A stretch of DNA of 64,000 bases from Escherichia phage FL18. The notes below the pieces were generated by a model that saw only the letters and a list, made by a program, of their open reading frames with translations, searched no databases and was not told the DNA's origin. A program made the translations under genes and the position numbers. Where the stretch lies: the sequence record PP400780, one strand, 5' to 3'. Within the stretch, counting starts at the first letter, position 1. Every line of letters begins with the position of its first letter. This document shows positions 27,684-36,123 of this stretch, piece by piece.

Positions 27684-29126
27684 GTGGTAGAAATTATTTT
27701 GTCTCATCTCGTATATGACCAGGCTTATTTTTCTAAGGTCTGGCCTTATATGGATTCTGAGTATTTTGAGCGTGGACCAGCAAAAAATGTCTTTAAAATT
27801 ATAAAGAGCCACGTTAACGAATATAATGCAATGCCATCTATCAATGCGTTAAAGGTGGCTTTAGATAACAGTTCTTTAACTGAAGCCGAATATAAAGGAA
27901 CTTCAGACCTAATTGAAAAATTGGCTGATACTCCTGAAGACCATGAATGGTTGGTTAAAGAAACTGAGAAATATGTCCAGCAAAAAGCGATGTATAATGC
28001 TACATCCAAAATCATTGAGATTCAGTCTAATGCTGAACTACCTCCAGAACAACGTAACAAGAAAATGCCTGACGTAGGAGCTATTCCTGATATTATGCGT
28101 CAAGCACTTTCAATTTCGTTCGATAGTTATGTTGGACATGACTGGATGGAAGACTACGAAGCACGCTGGCTTTCTTATCTAAATAAAGCGCGTAAGGTCC
28201 CGTTCAAATTAAACATTTTGAATAAAATCACTAAAGGTGGTGCTGAAACAGGTACACTAAACGTTTTAATGGCCGGTGTTAACGTTGGTAAATCTTTAGG
28301 CCTTTGTTCACTTGCTGCAGATTATCTTCAAACAGGTCATAATGTTCTTTATATTTCCATGGAAATGGCTGAAGAAGTTTGTGCTAAGCGTATAGATGCA
28401 AACATGCTTGACGTATCACTCGATGATATCGATGATGGTAACGTATCTTATGCTGAATATAAAGCCAAGATGGAAAAATGGCGTTCAAAAACAACATTAG
28501 GACGTTTAGTAGTTAAACAGTATCCTACTGGCGGAGCTAATGCTAATACATTCCGTGCATTGCTTAATGAGTTAAAACTTAAGAAGAACTTTGTGCCATC
28601 TGTAATCATGGTTGATTACTTAGGTATTTGTGGGTCTTGTCGTATCAGAGTTTACACTGAAAATAGCTACACATTAGTTAAAGCTATCGCAGAAGAACTT
28701 CGTGCATTAGCAGTAGAATCTGAAACAGTTCTATGGACTGCAGCTCAAGTAGGACGTGCAGCATGGGATGCTTCAGACATGAACATGAGTGATATCGCAG
28801 AATCAGCAGGTTTACCAGCAACGGCAGATTTCATGTTGGCTGTAATTGAAACCGAAGAACTTGCACAAGCCGAACAACAACTTATCAAACAAATCAAATC
28901 ACGATATGGTGATAAGAATAAGTGGAATAAATTCCTGATGGGTGTACGTAAAGGCAATCAGAAATGGGTTGAGATTGAGCAAGAAGGCATGAACACACCT
29001 AACACAGTAAATGAAAACGCAGGTGCTCAGATGCGTCAGGCAGAGGTGAATCGTACGGAACGCGTAGGTAAAGCCAAAGCAACACGTGCTGACCTAGATA
29101 GCTTAGCCAATGAGTTAAAATTTTAA
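27684..29126 (+). CDS. 41: replicative DNA helicase gp41 (DnaB-like)
   Basis: 480 aa, GTG start with AAGGAG RBS; Walker A MAGVNVGKS; close to T4 gp41. Confidence 0.95.
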   Translation: MVEIILSHLVYDQAYFSKVWPYMDSEYFERGPAKNVFKIIKSHVNEYNAMPSINALKVALDNSSLTEAEYKGTSDLIEKLADTPEDHEWLVKETEKYVQQKAMYNATSKIIEIQSNAELPPEQRNKKMPDVGAIPDIMRQALSISFDSYVGHDWMEDYEARWLSYLNKARKVPFKLNILNKITKGGAETGTLNVLMAGVNVGKSLGLCSLAADYLQTGHNVLYISMEMAEEVCAKRIDANMLDVSLDDIDDGNVSYAEYKAKMEKWRSKTTLGRLVVKQYPTGGANANTFRALLNELKLKKNFVPSVIMVDYLGICGSCRIRVYTENSYTLVKAIAEELRALAVESETVLWTAAQVGRAAWDASDMNMSDIAESAGLPATADFMLAVIETEELAQAEQQLIKQIKSRYGDKNKWNKFLMGVRKGNQKWVEIEQEGMNTPNTVNENAGAQMRQAEVNRTERVGKAKATRADLDSLANELKF

Positions 29127-29131
29127 TAAAA

Positions 29132-29155
29132 AGGAGACTTCGGTCTCCTTTCGGG
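29132..29155 (+). terminator. intrinsic terminator-like hairpin
   Basis: GGAGAC-TTCG-GTCTCC followed by TTTCGGGGTTT. Confidence 0.5.
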
Positions 29156-29156
29156 G

Positions 29157-29185
29157 TTTACATCTTCCTCTAGGCATGATATGAT
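29157..29185 (+). promoter_or_regulatory. T4-type early promoter
   Basis: TTTACA then 17 nt then TGATATGAT. Confidence 0.5.
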
Positions 29186-29214
29186 GTACTTACACAAACC
29201 AAGAGGAAAACATT

Positions 29215-29589
29215 ATGAATATGTCTCAAGCAATTTTTACTGCAATCACCGAAAACACAACTGTTGAAGTAGTTTCTCCGCTGGCAACCTACGTTATTCT
29301 TGCTCCTAAAACTATTGTATCTCGTATGGAAAACATGGGCAAACGTATCGTACAAATTGTTGGAGCTGGAAATCAAAAACTTGATTATCTACGAACCATC
29401 AAAGCTTATGAACATTTCCAACTCGAAAAAGGTTCTCCTATCCAGGTAGAACTCGTAAATGGTGATATCGTTCGAGCAATGTTCCATCATTTCTATGCAT
29501 TGAATGACCCATCTAAAGCGGTTCGTTTAATTGCATATGACGCAAACCAAAACGAAATCAACGCAGATGTATCTAAATTACGTTTTTAA
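29215..29589 (+). CDS. hypothetical protein (124 aa)
   Basis: ORF with AAGAGGAAAA RBS downstream of early promoter. Confidence 0.55.
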   Translation: MNMSQAIFTAITENTTVEVVSPLATYVILAPKTIVSRMENMGKRIVQIVGAGNQKLDYLRTIKAYEHFQLEKGSPIQVELVNGDIVRAMFHHFYALNDPSKAVRLIAYDANQNEINADVSKLRF

Positions 29590-29590
29590 G

Positions 29591-29619
29591 TTTACTTCTC
29601 CGGTAGTTGTGTTATTATA
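29591..29619 (+). promoter_or_regulatory. T4-type early promoter
   Basis: TTTACT then about 17 nt then TGTTATTAT. Confidence 0.45.
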
Positions 29620-29644
29620 GATCTATCAACTACTGGAGAACAAA

Positions 29645-29962
29645 ATGAAAACCATCGATTGTAAAGCAGAATTTAAGATTTTTTATCATGGTTCAAGTAG
29701 TTCAGCTAACATCGAAAACATGCTTTGTCCTCCTGAAGAAACAGGAGTTCTGTCTGAAACTGGACGTAAGAAAAACTTGGATCGTGTATTCTTTACTGAA
29801 GATATCGGTTTAGCAAAGATTTATGCAGGACGAGCAGCACGCTCTTATGGAGGTGAACCACGTCTCTATCGAGTAATTTCTCCGGTAGATGTAGTTCAAA
29901 TGAATGATACTAAAGGTGCTACAGTTTATCACGCTGAATGGGCATTTTGCGAGGAAATATGA
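29645..29962 (+). CDS. small protein with H-Y-E ADP-ribosyltransferase-like motifs (tentative)
   Basis: 105 aa; FYHGSSSSANIENM (H-G-S), VFFTEDIGLAKIYAG, YHAEWAF order resembles minimal PARP/DT-type ART core. Confidence 0.5.
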   Translation: MKTIDCKAEFKIFYHGSSSSANIENMLCPPEETGVLSETGRKKNLDRVFFTEDIGLAKIYAGRAARSYGGEPRLYRVISPVDVVQMNDTKGATVYHAEWAFCEEI

Positions 29963-30150
29963 GCAAATTAACTAAAGTTACTTTTATCGGTTGGTTTAAA
30001 AGCGGTGAGATGTTCACTAAAGATATCATGTTATCAGGTGATCGCGAAGAAATCGAGTGGGTTACGGTACAACTTGCTGAAGTGAACAATGCATTAGTTA
30101 AAGCATTTATTAATGACGAGAAAGTTTTTGAAGCTGATTTCAGAGGATAA
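29959..30150 (+). CDS. dmd: Dmd-like antitoxin (inhibitor of RnlA/LsoA)
   Basis: 63 aa; VTFIGWFKSGEMFTKDI...LAEVNNALVKAFINDEKV resembles T4 Dmd (61.5) as recalled. Confidence 0.65.
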   Translation: MSKLTKVTFIGWFKSGEMFTKDIMLSGDREEIEWVTVQLAEVNNALVKAFINDEKVFEADFRG

Positions 30151-30151
30151 T

Positions 30152-30364
30152 ATGTATTCAACTGTGTTTAAACCATCAGCATACGAATTTGCATCAACTA
30201 CACAATGGAAAGCTCTTATTCTGGAAGGATGGGAACTAATGATGGACTGTGAAGCATCTGAAAAGTTTCCACACGGCAAAGTGGACTTCGTTAAATTTGC
30301 TGTGCGTCCGACTAAACGACAGATTCGTCAAGAAAAACGCAAATTTCGAAAAAGTTTAAAATAG
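30152..30364 (+). CDS. small basic protein with VRPTKRQIR...RKSLK tail (61.4-like position)
   Basis: 70 aa; C-terminal motif shared with ORF 2242..2412 and with gp49 C-terminus (RKSLK). Confidence 0.5.
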   Translation: MYSTVFKPSAYEFASTTQWKALILEGWELMMDCEASEKFPHGKVDFVKFAVRPTKRQIRQEKRKFRKSLK

Positions 30365-30366
30365 CT

Positions 30367-30395
30367 GTTTACAAGCACCACATACTGTGTTACTA
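30367..30395 (+). promoter_or_regulatory. T4-type early promoter
   Basis: TTTACA then 17 nt then TGTTACTAT. Confidence 0.45.
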
Positions 30396-30424
30396 TATTT
30401 CTATCAACTACAGAGGAAATTGAA

Positions 30425-30793
30425 ATGAAAAAATTAATCGCTTTAGCAATGGTGTTCGGATTAACTGGATGTGGTGCTCATGGCTTTATCCCTAATAACG
30501 TTGGCCAACTGATTTACAATCCGAATGTTAAACAGTACAACCAACCTAAAGTTGAAGTGGAAGACCCGGTTACTGTAGGTAATCGAATGATTCAAGCTGA
30601 TGCCCATGCTCAACGTTATCGTGATTCTGATACCGTAGCGTTGTCAAAAGAACAACGCGTTAAAGAACATTGCTTACAGGCTACTGAAATCGCATTCATT
30701 CGCTATGTTGAAACAACTGGTAAAGAGCCTACCCAGAAACAAATCGCGAATAACTACGTCCAGTGTATTGAACGTTTAAACAAATTTAATTAA
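30425..30793 (+). CDS. lipoprotein
   Basis: 122 aa; signal peptide with lipobox LTGC. Confidence 0.65.
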   Translation: MKKLIALAMVFGLTGCGAHGFIPNNVGQLIYNPNVKQYNQPKVEVEDPVTVGNRMIQADAHAQRYRDSDTVALSKEQRVKEHCLQATEIAFIRYVETTGKEPTQKQIANNYVQCIERLNKFN

Positions 30794-30797
30794 TTGG

Positions 30798-30826
30798 TTT
30801 ACGCAAAAGTTAAAACAAGATACTAT
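30798..30826 (+). promoter_or_regulatory. T4-type early promoter
   Basis: TTTACG then 17 nt then GATACTAT. Confidence 0.45.
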
Positions 30827-30854
30827 AAACATAACAAATCAAGAGGAAATTAAC

Positions 30855-31103
30855 ATGGAATTATTCGTAGCTAGTTCAGTAGCAGTTTTAATCGCAGGTA
30901 TTGGTTCAATCATCATTTACATGTTGCCTTGGGTAATCGCACTTATTCGTGGCACAAAAAGCACAACAGCAATCTTCTTTGTATCTTTACTCTTTAACTG
31001 GACGATGATTGGTTGGATTGGAACTTTAATTTGGTCTATCGTTGCCGAAAAGAAATCTGCTCAGCAGCCTCAACAAGTAATTATTATTCGCGAAAAAGAA
31101 TAA
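30855..31103 (+). CDS. imm: superinfection immunity protein Imm-family membrane protein
   Basis: 82 aa, two TM helices; YMLPWVIALIRG...NWTMIGWIGTLIWSI fits the Imm family signature as I recall it. Confidence 0.55.
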   Translation: MELFVASSVAVLIAGIGSIIIYMLPWVIALIRGTKSTTAIFFVSLLFNWTMIGWIGTLIWSIVAEKKSAQQPQQVIIIREKE

Positions 31104-31108
31104 ACTTG

Positions 31109-31137
31109 TTTACATTATAGATGGACTATGGTATAGT
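31109..31137 (+). promoter_or_regulatory. T4-type early promoter
   Basis: TTTACA then 17 nt then TGGTATAGT within GGACTA...TAGTCC inverted repeat. Confidence 0.45.
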
Positions 31138-31166
31138 AGTCCTATCAAATCAACTAAGGAGTTAAA

Positions 31167-31460
31167 ATGAAAAAGTTATCATTGGCAGCAATCTTACTTG
31201 CAGTATCATGTGCACCGGCTCCAGTTACGGCAGGTTATGATAAAGACCTCTGTGAGTGGTCAATGACTGCAAATCAAGAAGATGTTGAACAACAAATCTT
31301 CTCTGATATCATGAACATCACTAAACGAGACCGTCCTAATATGGTTAATAAAGTTGTTGAACAACTTAAGTCTGGCGGTATCATGCAGTACAACTATGTT
31401 TTGTATTGTGACCCTAATTTCGATAACAAAGATATCGTAACCGAAATCACAGGTGAATAA
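31167..31460 (+). CDS. sp: spackle periplasmic protein Sp
   Basis: 97 aa; signal peptide then GYDKDLCEWSMTA...GGIMQYNYVLYCD closely resembles T4 Sp (61.3) as recalled. Confidence 0.8.
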   Translation: MKKLSLAAILLAVSCAPAPVTAGYDKDLCEWSMTANQEDVEQQIFSDIMNITKRDRPNMVNKVVEQLKSGGIMQYNYVLYCDPNFDNKDIVTEITGE

Positions 31461-31461
31461 T

Positions 31462-32112
31462 ATGATTTATTACATGCACAAAAACGCACCATTTAAATAT
31501 GGTAAATTTCCTAATGCACAATGTTATAATATAACGCCGAATGAAAATAATAACGGATACCATATTGGTGTAATTTTTGTAATTGTTAAAGATAACGAAA
31601 TCGTTGCCTGGGCAGATTTTAAAGGTACAACATATGATGTTAATCCTGTGCCTTTCACATATTACAATATAATGGATTTGGCATATGATTATAATTGGTT
31701 TACTCATGACACGTTGGCTCATATTGAAGGTGTAGGATTTGACATCTCTTATTCTAGCTATTCATTATGTCCTATGAGCCGAGCTCACGGTAAAGATGTA
31801 TCATATCTTTCAATTCGGAAACGTGTAAACTTCAAACGTAGTACAGAGTATGTTGGTGGACTCTTTGTTAAAGATAATAAAATAACCCGTATTAGTTATC
31901 CTTTAAGTGTAGGTCAAAAAGATGTTGATGTTGATTTAGACTTAACTGAAAGTAACATTAATCGTATTGCTTCTGTATATTTTGATATCGATGAAAAAAT
32001 TGTAGTGTGTGGATACGAATTACCACCTGAAGAAAAGGCTGAAACAATTGAAGTCGAATTAGAAATTTCTGTTGATGACCAAATATTTAACGCATTTATG
32101 AATCGAGGTTAA
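31462..32112 (+). CDS. hypothetical protein (61.2-like position)
   Basis: 216 aa from ATG overlapping sp stop. Confidence 0.6.
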   Translation: MIYYMHKNAPFKYGKFPNAQCYNITPNENNNGYHIGVIFVIVKDNEIVAWADFKGTTYDVNPVPFTYYNIMDLAYDYNWFTHDTLAHIEGVGFDISYSSYSLCPMSRAHGKDVSYLSIRKRVNFKRSTEYVGGLFVKDNKITRISYPLSVGQKDVDVDLDLTESNINRIASVYFDIDEKIVVCGYELPPEEKAETIEVELEISVDDQIFNAFMNRG

Positions 32113-32113
32113 A

Positions 32114-32311
32114 ATGACTACTGCAATTTGCACTGGTTCTAAAATTAGTGTTTTTACAAGTTTTGAAGATTATGAAGTTGTTTCAAAACACCAATGCCAT
32201 ATTAGCGTAAAAGCTAATGATGGTGTAATTTGGAATATTCCACACTATGAAGACACTACATATGAAGTCACAGATGCGAACGGTGATAAAGCGATCTTTG
32301 TGATTGATTAA
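32114..32311 (+). CDS. hypothetical protein (65 aa)
   Basis: ATG 1 nt after previous stop. Confidence 0.5.
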   Translation: MTTAICTGSKISVFTSFEDYEVVSKHQCHISVKANDGVIWNIPHYEDTTYEVTDANGDKAIFVID

Positions 32312-32330
32312 ATATACTCAGGAGGTACCT

Positions 32331-32798
32331 ATGGGTATTATTAACACTGCAATAGATTCTGTTTATGCATATAAGTTTATTCGACTAATGCAAAAACCTT
32401 TTACTGAATGGAAAGCATACGAAGCCAAAATCATCGATGAACGTGGAAGTGTTCTTAAACGTCCTTCTACTCCAGAAGAGAAAGCGGCTTATACACCTTT
32501 TCATGCTTCAGTTCGTTCAATGAAGCGAATGATGAGCACTGTTCCAGGTCTTAATGGAATGGCCTCAATGATGTCTGCCTGGAGTGCTGTAGCTTCACGC
32601 TATAACATTACAGAAGAACAACAGAAAGAAATATTTAAAGAACTCCCTTTATTTGAGGATATGGTTGCTGGTGATTCAGGTGGCAGCCCTCAAGCTATTG
32701 CATCAGGAACAACTACAGGTGCAGTCGTAAATAAAGGCCCCGAACAAATTCCTTCCAAGAAAAGAAAGCGAATTAAAGTAAATATTAATAAGTTGTGA
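32331..32798 (+). CDS. hypothetical protein (61.1-like position)
   Basis: 155 aa from ATG with perfect AGGAGG RBS (track start is TTG). Confidence 0.55.
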   Translation: MGIINTAIDSVYAYKFIRLMQKPFTEWKAYEAKIIDERGSVLKRPSTPEEKAAYTPFHASVRSMKRMMSTVPGLNGMASMMSAWSAVASRYNITEEQQKEIFKELPLFEDMVAGDSGGSPQAIASGTTTGAVVNKGPEQIPSKKRKRIKVNINKL

Positions 32799-32837
32799 TA
32801 AGATGGCCTTATTAATTTAAGGCCTCTGGAGAATACT

Positions 32838-33860
32838 ATGGCTGAATGGATAGATAATGAATTTGCTTATCGTGCGTTTTCTCACCTACCTCGTTTTAGA
32901 CAAATCAATAATTCAAGCACATTTAAATTAACATTTCGATGTCCAGTTTGTGGCGACTCCCAGACAGATGCAATGAAAGCTCGCGGATGGTATTACGGTG
33001 GTACTCCTGGTAATGTACATTGCTATAACTGTCAATACCACAATACAATTTCCGGATACTTAAAAGAGTACGATGAAGAGCTTTATCGCGAATATCTAAT
33101 GGAAGTTCGTAAAGAAAAAGCTAGAATGGAACCAAAGATTGAAAAGGTTCCTGAAGCTAAGCCGGAGCCAGAGAAAAAGACTATAAATTCTTTGCCGTCT
33201 TGTTCTCGTCTGGACAAGTTGCCTGAAGAGCATCCTATTGTGAAATATGTTAAGTCTCGGTGTATTCCTAAAGAATCATGGAACAGATTATGGTTCACAT
33301 TAGAATGGCCCAAATTGGTCAACAAGATTCAACCTGGTACGTATAAGAAAGAGATTCCCGAACCACGTTTAGTGATTCCTATTTTTAATAAAGACGGGAA
33401 GGCCGAGTCATTCCAAGGACGTGCACTTCGTAAAGATGCTCCTCAGAAATATATCACTATTAAAGCATTTGAGTCTGCAACAAAAATTTATGGTGTTGAA
33501 CGTGTTAAGGAAGGAGACGTCTGGGTAATGGAAGGCCCTATTGATAGTTTATTCATACCCAATGCAATCGCTATTACAGGCGGCTCAATAGATTTAGATG
33601 TGGTACCATTTAAAGAACGTCGGGTATGGGTAATGGATAATGAACCTAGGCATCCGGATACTATAGCTCGCATGAAGCGATTAGTTGATGCAGGCGAACG
33701 TGTCATGTTCTGGGACCGAGCTCCATGGAGTTCAAAGGATGTGAATGATATGGTAATGAAAGAAAATGCAACACCACAAGAAATTTTAGAATATATGAAA
33801 CAGAATATTTCAAGTGGGTTGCATGCTAAAATGAGATTATCTCGTTATTCGAAGATTTAA
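32838..33860 (+). CDS. 61: DNA primase gp61
   Basis: 340 aa; N-terminal zinc ribbon CPVCGDS...CYNC, TOPRIM-like core. Confidence 0.92.
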   Translation: MAEWIDNEFAYRAFSHLPRFRQINNSSTFKLTFRCPVCGDSQTDAMKARGWYYGGTPGNVHCYNCQYHNTISGYLKEYDEELYREYLMEVRKEKARMEPKIEKVPEAKPEPEKKTINSLPSCSRLDKLPEEHPIVKYVKSRCIPKESWNRLWFTLEWPKLVNKIQPGTYKKEIPEPRLVIPIFNKDGKAESFQGRALRKDAPQKYITIKAFESATKIYGVERVKEGDVWVMEGPIDSLFIPNAIAITGGSIDLDVVPFKERRVWVMDNEPRHPDTIARMKRLVDAGERVMFWDRAPWSSKDVNDMVMKENATPQEILEYMKQNISSGLHAKMRLSRYSKI

Positions 33861-34054
33861 ACCAGACCTATAATAGCAAAGGCCAAATCAACTACAGTAT
33901 CCAATGGAACAGAAGGAACTATAATACCATGGGCAACTAACAATGGTGCAATCCCGAAGTTCCATGAAATAATGCCACCTACAACTATTGCAGCGATAGC
34001 AGTTTTCTTTTTATTGCCTTTAATAGCGTTGATTAACGATGGAAGTTTAAACAT
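33857..34054 (-). CDS. small membrane protein on opposite strand
   Basis: 65 aa, two hydrophobic segments; ATG preceded by AAGGAG at 5-nt spacing; in 61-56 intergenic space. Confidence 0.5.
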   Translation of the reverse strand: MFKLPSLINAIKGNKKKTAIAAIVVGGIISWNFGIAPLLVAHGIIVPSVPLDTVVDLAFAIIGLV

Positions 34055-34085
34055 AATATCTCCTTAGTTACCTTATTATTTATTA

Positions 34086-34110
34086 CGCTTTATAAAATTA
34101 ATGTTAGAAT
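34086..34110 (+). promoter_or_regulatory. MotA-box-like middle promoter upstream of gene 56
   Basis: CGCTTTA (one mismatch to TGCTTTA) about 20 nt upstream of TGTTAGAAT. Confidence 0.35.
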
Positions 34111-34143
34111 TAACTCTCTTATACTGAATTGAAAGGAAAAATA

Positions 34144-34665
34144 ATGGCACACTTTAACGAATGTTCACAACTTATTTCTGGTGTTGATAAAGCAGAAGAA
34201 GCTTATTTTAATGCTCTGATTCACGAAGATAAAGACCCACTGCAGGTAATGCTTGATATGCAGAAATCTTTACAGGTTCTTCTGGCAAATGACAAGCCTG
34301 AACATAACAAACATCCTGATGAATTGGCTACTGCTGGTGATGTTGTTGATTGGCTGCGTAATCAGAAAGATTATATTGATGATGAATTTCGTGAACTGCT
34401 GACTTCACTTGGCGGTATGAGCAATGGTGAAAAAGCTGCCAGCAGTGTATGGAAGCCGTGGAAGGCACAACACGCTGAATATCGAAATCGTCGTATCGAT
34501 GAACTGTCTCCTGAAGACCAGCTTGAAATTAAATTTGAAATGATTGATATTCTGCATTTCGTTCTAAATATGTTCCAAGGTCTAGGACTTTCTGCTGAAG
34601 AAATCTTCAAACTGTATTATCTGAAAAACCAACACAACTTTGAACGTCAGGATAATGGTTACTAA
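34144..34665 (+). CDS. 56: dCTP pyrophosphatase gp56 (MazG-like)
   Basis: 173 aa from ATG (MAHFNEC); close to T4 gp56 as recalled. Confidence 0.92.
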   Translation: MAHFNECSQLISGVDKAEEAYFNALIHEDKDPLQVMLDMQKSLQVLLANDKPEHNKHPDELATAGDVVDWLRNQKDYIDDEFRELLTSLGGMSNGEKAASSVWKPWKAQHAEYRNRRIDELSPEDQLEIKFEMIDILHFVLNMFQGLGLSAEEIFKLYYLKNQHNFERQDNGY

Positions 34666-34670
34666 TTAAG

Positions 34671-34678
34671 TTATAAAT
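34671..34678 (+). promoter_or_regulatory. late promoter TATAAATA upstream of soc
   Basis: Exact TATAAATA about 30 nt before soc ATG. Confidence 0.6.
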
Positions 34679-34710
34679 ACACCTGTAATTAAACAACAAA
34701 GGAGTTAATT

Positions 34711-34947
34711 ATGGGTGGTTATGTAAACATCAAAACCTTTACGCATCCTGCTGGTGAAGGTAAAGAAGTTAAAGGTATGGAAGTTTCTGTACCGTTTGAG
34801 ATTTATTCAAACGAACATCGGATTGCAGATTCTCATTACCAAATCTTTCCATCAGAAAAGGCAGCTTATTCTACTGTAGTTTCTGATGCAGCTGACTGGA
34901 AAACTAAGAACGCTGCAATGTTTACCCCTACACCAGTAAGCGGTTAA
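34711..34947 (+). CDS. soc: small outer capsid protein Soc
   Basis: 78 aa; GYVNIKTF...HYQIFPSEKAAYSTV resembles T4 Soc. Confidence 0.85.
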   Translation: MGGYVNIKTFTHPAGEGKEVKGMEVSVPFEIYSNEHRIADSHYQIFPSEKAAYSTVVSDAADWKTKNAAMFTPTPVSG

Positions 34948-34956
34948 ATAATTTAA

Positions 34957-34986
34957 GGAATCCTTCGGGATTCCTTTTTTTTTTTG
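34957..34986 (+). terminator. intrinsic terminator
   Basis: GGAATCC-TTCG-GGATTCC hairpin followed by T11. Confidence 0.65.
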
Positions 34987-34995
34987 TTTCTACAG

Positions 34996-35024
34996 TTTAC
35001 AACCACTAAAAACTGTGTTAAGAT
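34996..35024 (+). promoter_or_regulatory. T4-type early promoter
   Basis: TTTACA then 17 nt then TGTTAAGAT. Confidence 0.45.
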
Positions 35025-35052
35025 ATTTTTACTTACTCAAGAGGAGAACAAT

Positions 35053-35280
35053 ATGTTAAATCGTTGGATTAAACCTAATAACACATTAGGTGCTTTGATT
35101 GCTCAAGAAGTTTCGTTGAAATACGGTCTTGGATATTACGATGATGTGGTCGTACACTCATTCATGATGGATGGTGAAGACGTCAAATTTAATGCCGAAA
35201 TCCGTTGGGATGATGGTGGTGTTCGTTTTGTTCGAGGAACAATTAATGCTTACGATACTGAAGAAGTTGTTTGCTGTTAA
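35053..35280 (+). CDS. hypothetical protein (75 aa)
   Basis: ATG with GAGGAG RBS inside ORF 34984..35280. Confidence 0.5.
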   Translation: MLNRWIKPNNTLGALIAQEVSLKYGLGYYDDVVVHSFMMDGEDVKFNAEIRWDDGGVRFVRGTINAYDTEEVVCC

Positions 35281-35293
35281 ACCAGGCGAAGGT

Positions 35294-35482
35294 ATGATGC
35301 CTATTCCTGATACACACGAAAAAAGTTGTGAATATATCGGTGACGGAATGATGGAAGAAGTTGTTCGTCCTAAGTCTGCTTCAAGCTCTTCAAGTTATAA
35401 TCATTCATACGTATCGTCTTGGCCTGGTGATTCTGGGTCAAGTTATTCTGATTGTGGTTCAAGCTCAGGGAGCTGCGAATGA
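35294..35482 (+). CDS. small Ser-rich protein (62 aa)
   Basis: ATG pair MMPIPD; low-complexity Ser/Gly-rich C-terminal half. Confidence 0.3.
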   Translation: MMPIPDTHEKSCEYIGDGMMEEVVRPKSASSSSSYNHSYVSSWPGDSGSSYSDCGSSSGSCE

Positions 35483-35658
35483 ACAAGATAGTTAAATGGT
35501 TTAAAAGCTGGGACGATGGTGTCGGTCCAGAAGATTGGCTGGATGTTCTTGAAGAGAATATGGTTAAAGAATTCCAGAAACACGAAGAGAAGATCATCGA
35601 AGATGAAGGCGAACGTATTGTAAAACTTTATATGGGTGAACCATCGAGGAAATTATAA
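35479..35658 (+). CDS. small hypothetical protein (59 aa)
   Basis: ATGA-coupled ORF with AGGGAG RBS. Confidence 0.4.
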   Translation: MNKIVKWFKSWDDGVGPEDWLDVLEENMVKEFQKHEEKIIEDEGERIVKLYMGEPSRKL

Positions 35659-36122
35659 TGGATGCTATGTTATTTAAAATGTATTTGCTTGAAGCCAAGT
35701 CGTTTAAACATATACCAGTAGAAGATAAGACTCCACTAGAAATAGCTATTCTCATTAACAAAAGTCTAAATAATCCGCAATATATCGTAGAAGAATTCTG
35801 CAAATTGCAGATTCCTAAAGGTTACAAAATTCGTGTAGATCGAGTTGGAGCTATTACTCATTCTAAAAATTCTCCGTTTAGTCTTGAAGAAGGCATAAAG
35901 GACTTAGGTTATGAATCTACGGAAAATGCCGTTTATGTGAATCCTGAAAAGCGTTTAGACTTGTTTGAAAAGCGAGACCATAAGTATTTTGCCAAAAAAT
36001 ACTTTATTACATCATTAGCAGATTTAATCCATTTGCAACGAGCTATTTGGAAATTTTTTAAGACAAAAGGTGTAGCACTAGAAACATTCTCTGAACCTGC
36101 TAGTTTTTATTTAGGTGAATAA
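35658..36122 (+). CDS. hypothetical protein (154 aa)
   Basis: ORF tightly coupled to neighbours. Confidence 0.6.
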   Translation: MDAMLFKMYLLEAKSFKHIPVEDKTPLEIAILINKSLNNPQYIVEEFCKLQIPKGYKIRVDRVGAITHSKNSPFSLEEGIKDLGYESTENAVYVNPEKRLDLFEKRDHKYFAKKYFITSLADLIHLQRAIWKFFKTKGVALETFSEPASFYLGE

Positions 36123-36123
36123 T

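Noticed and set aside
35294-35482. Ser/Gly-rich 62-aa ORF as a possible functional low-complexity protein
   Set aside because: Could equally be a chance ORF in the soc-modB intergenic block; kept as low-confidence feature only.
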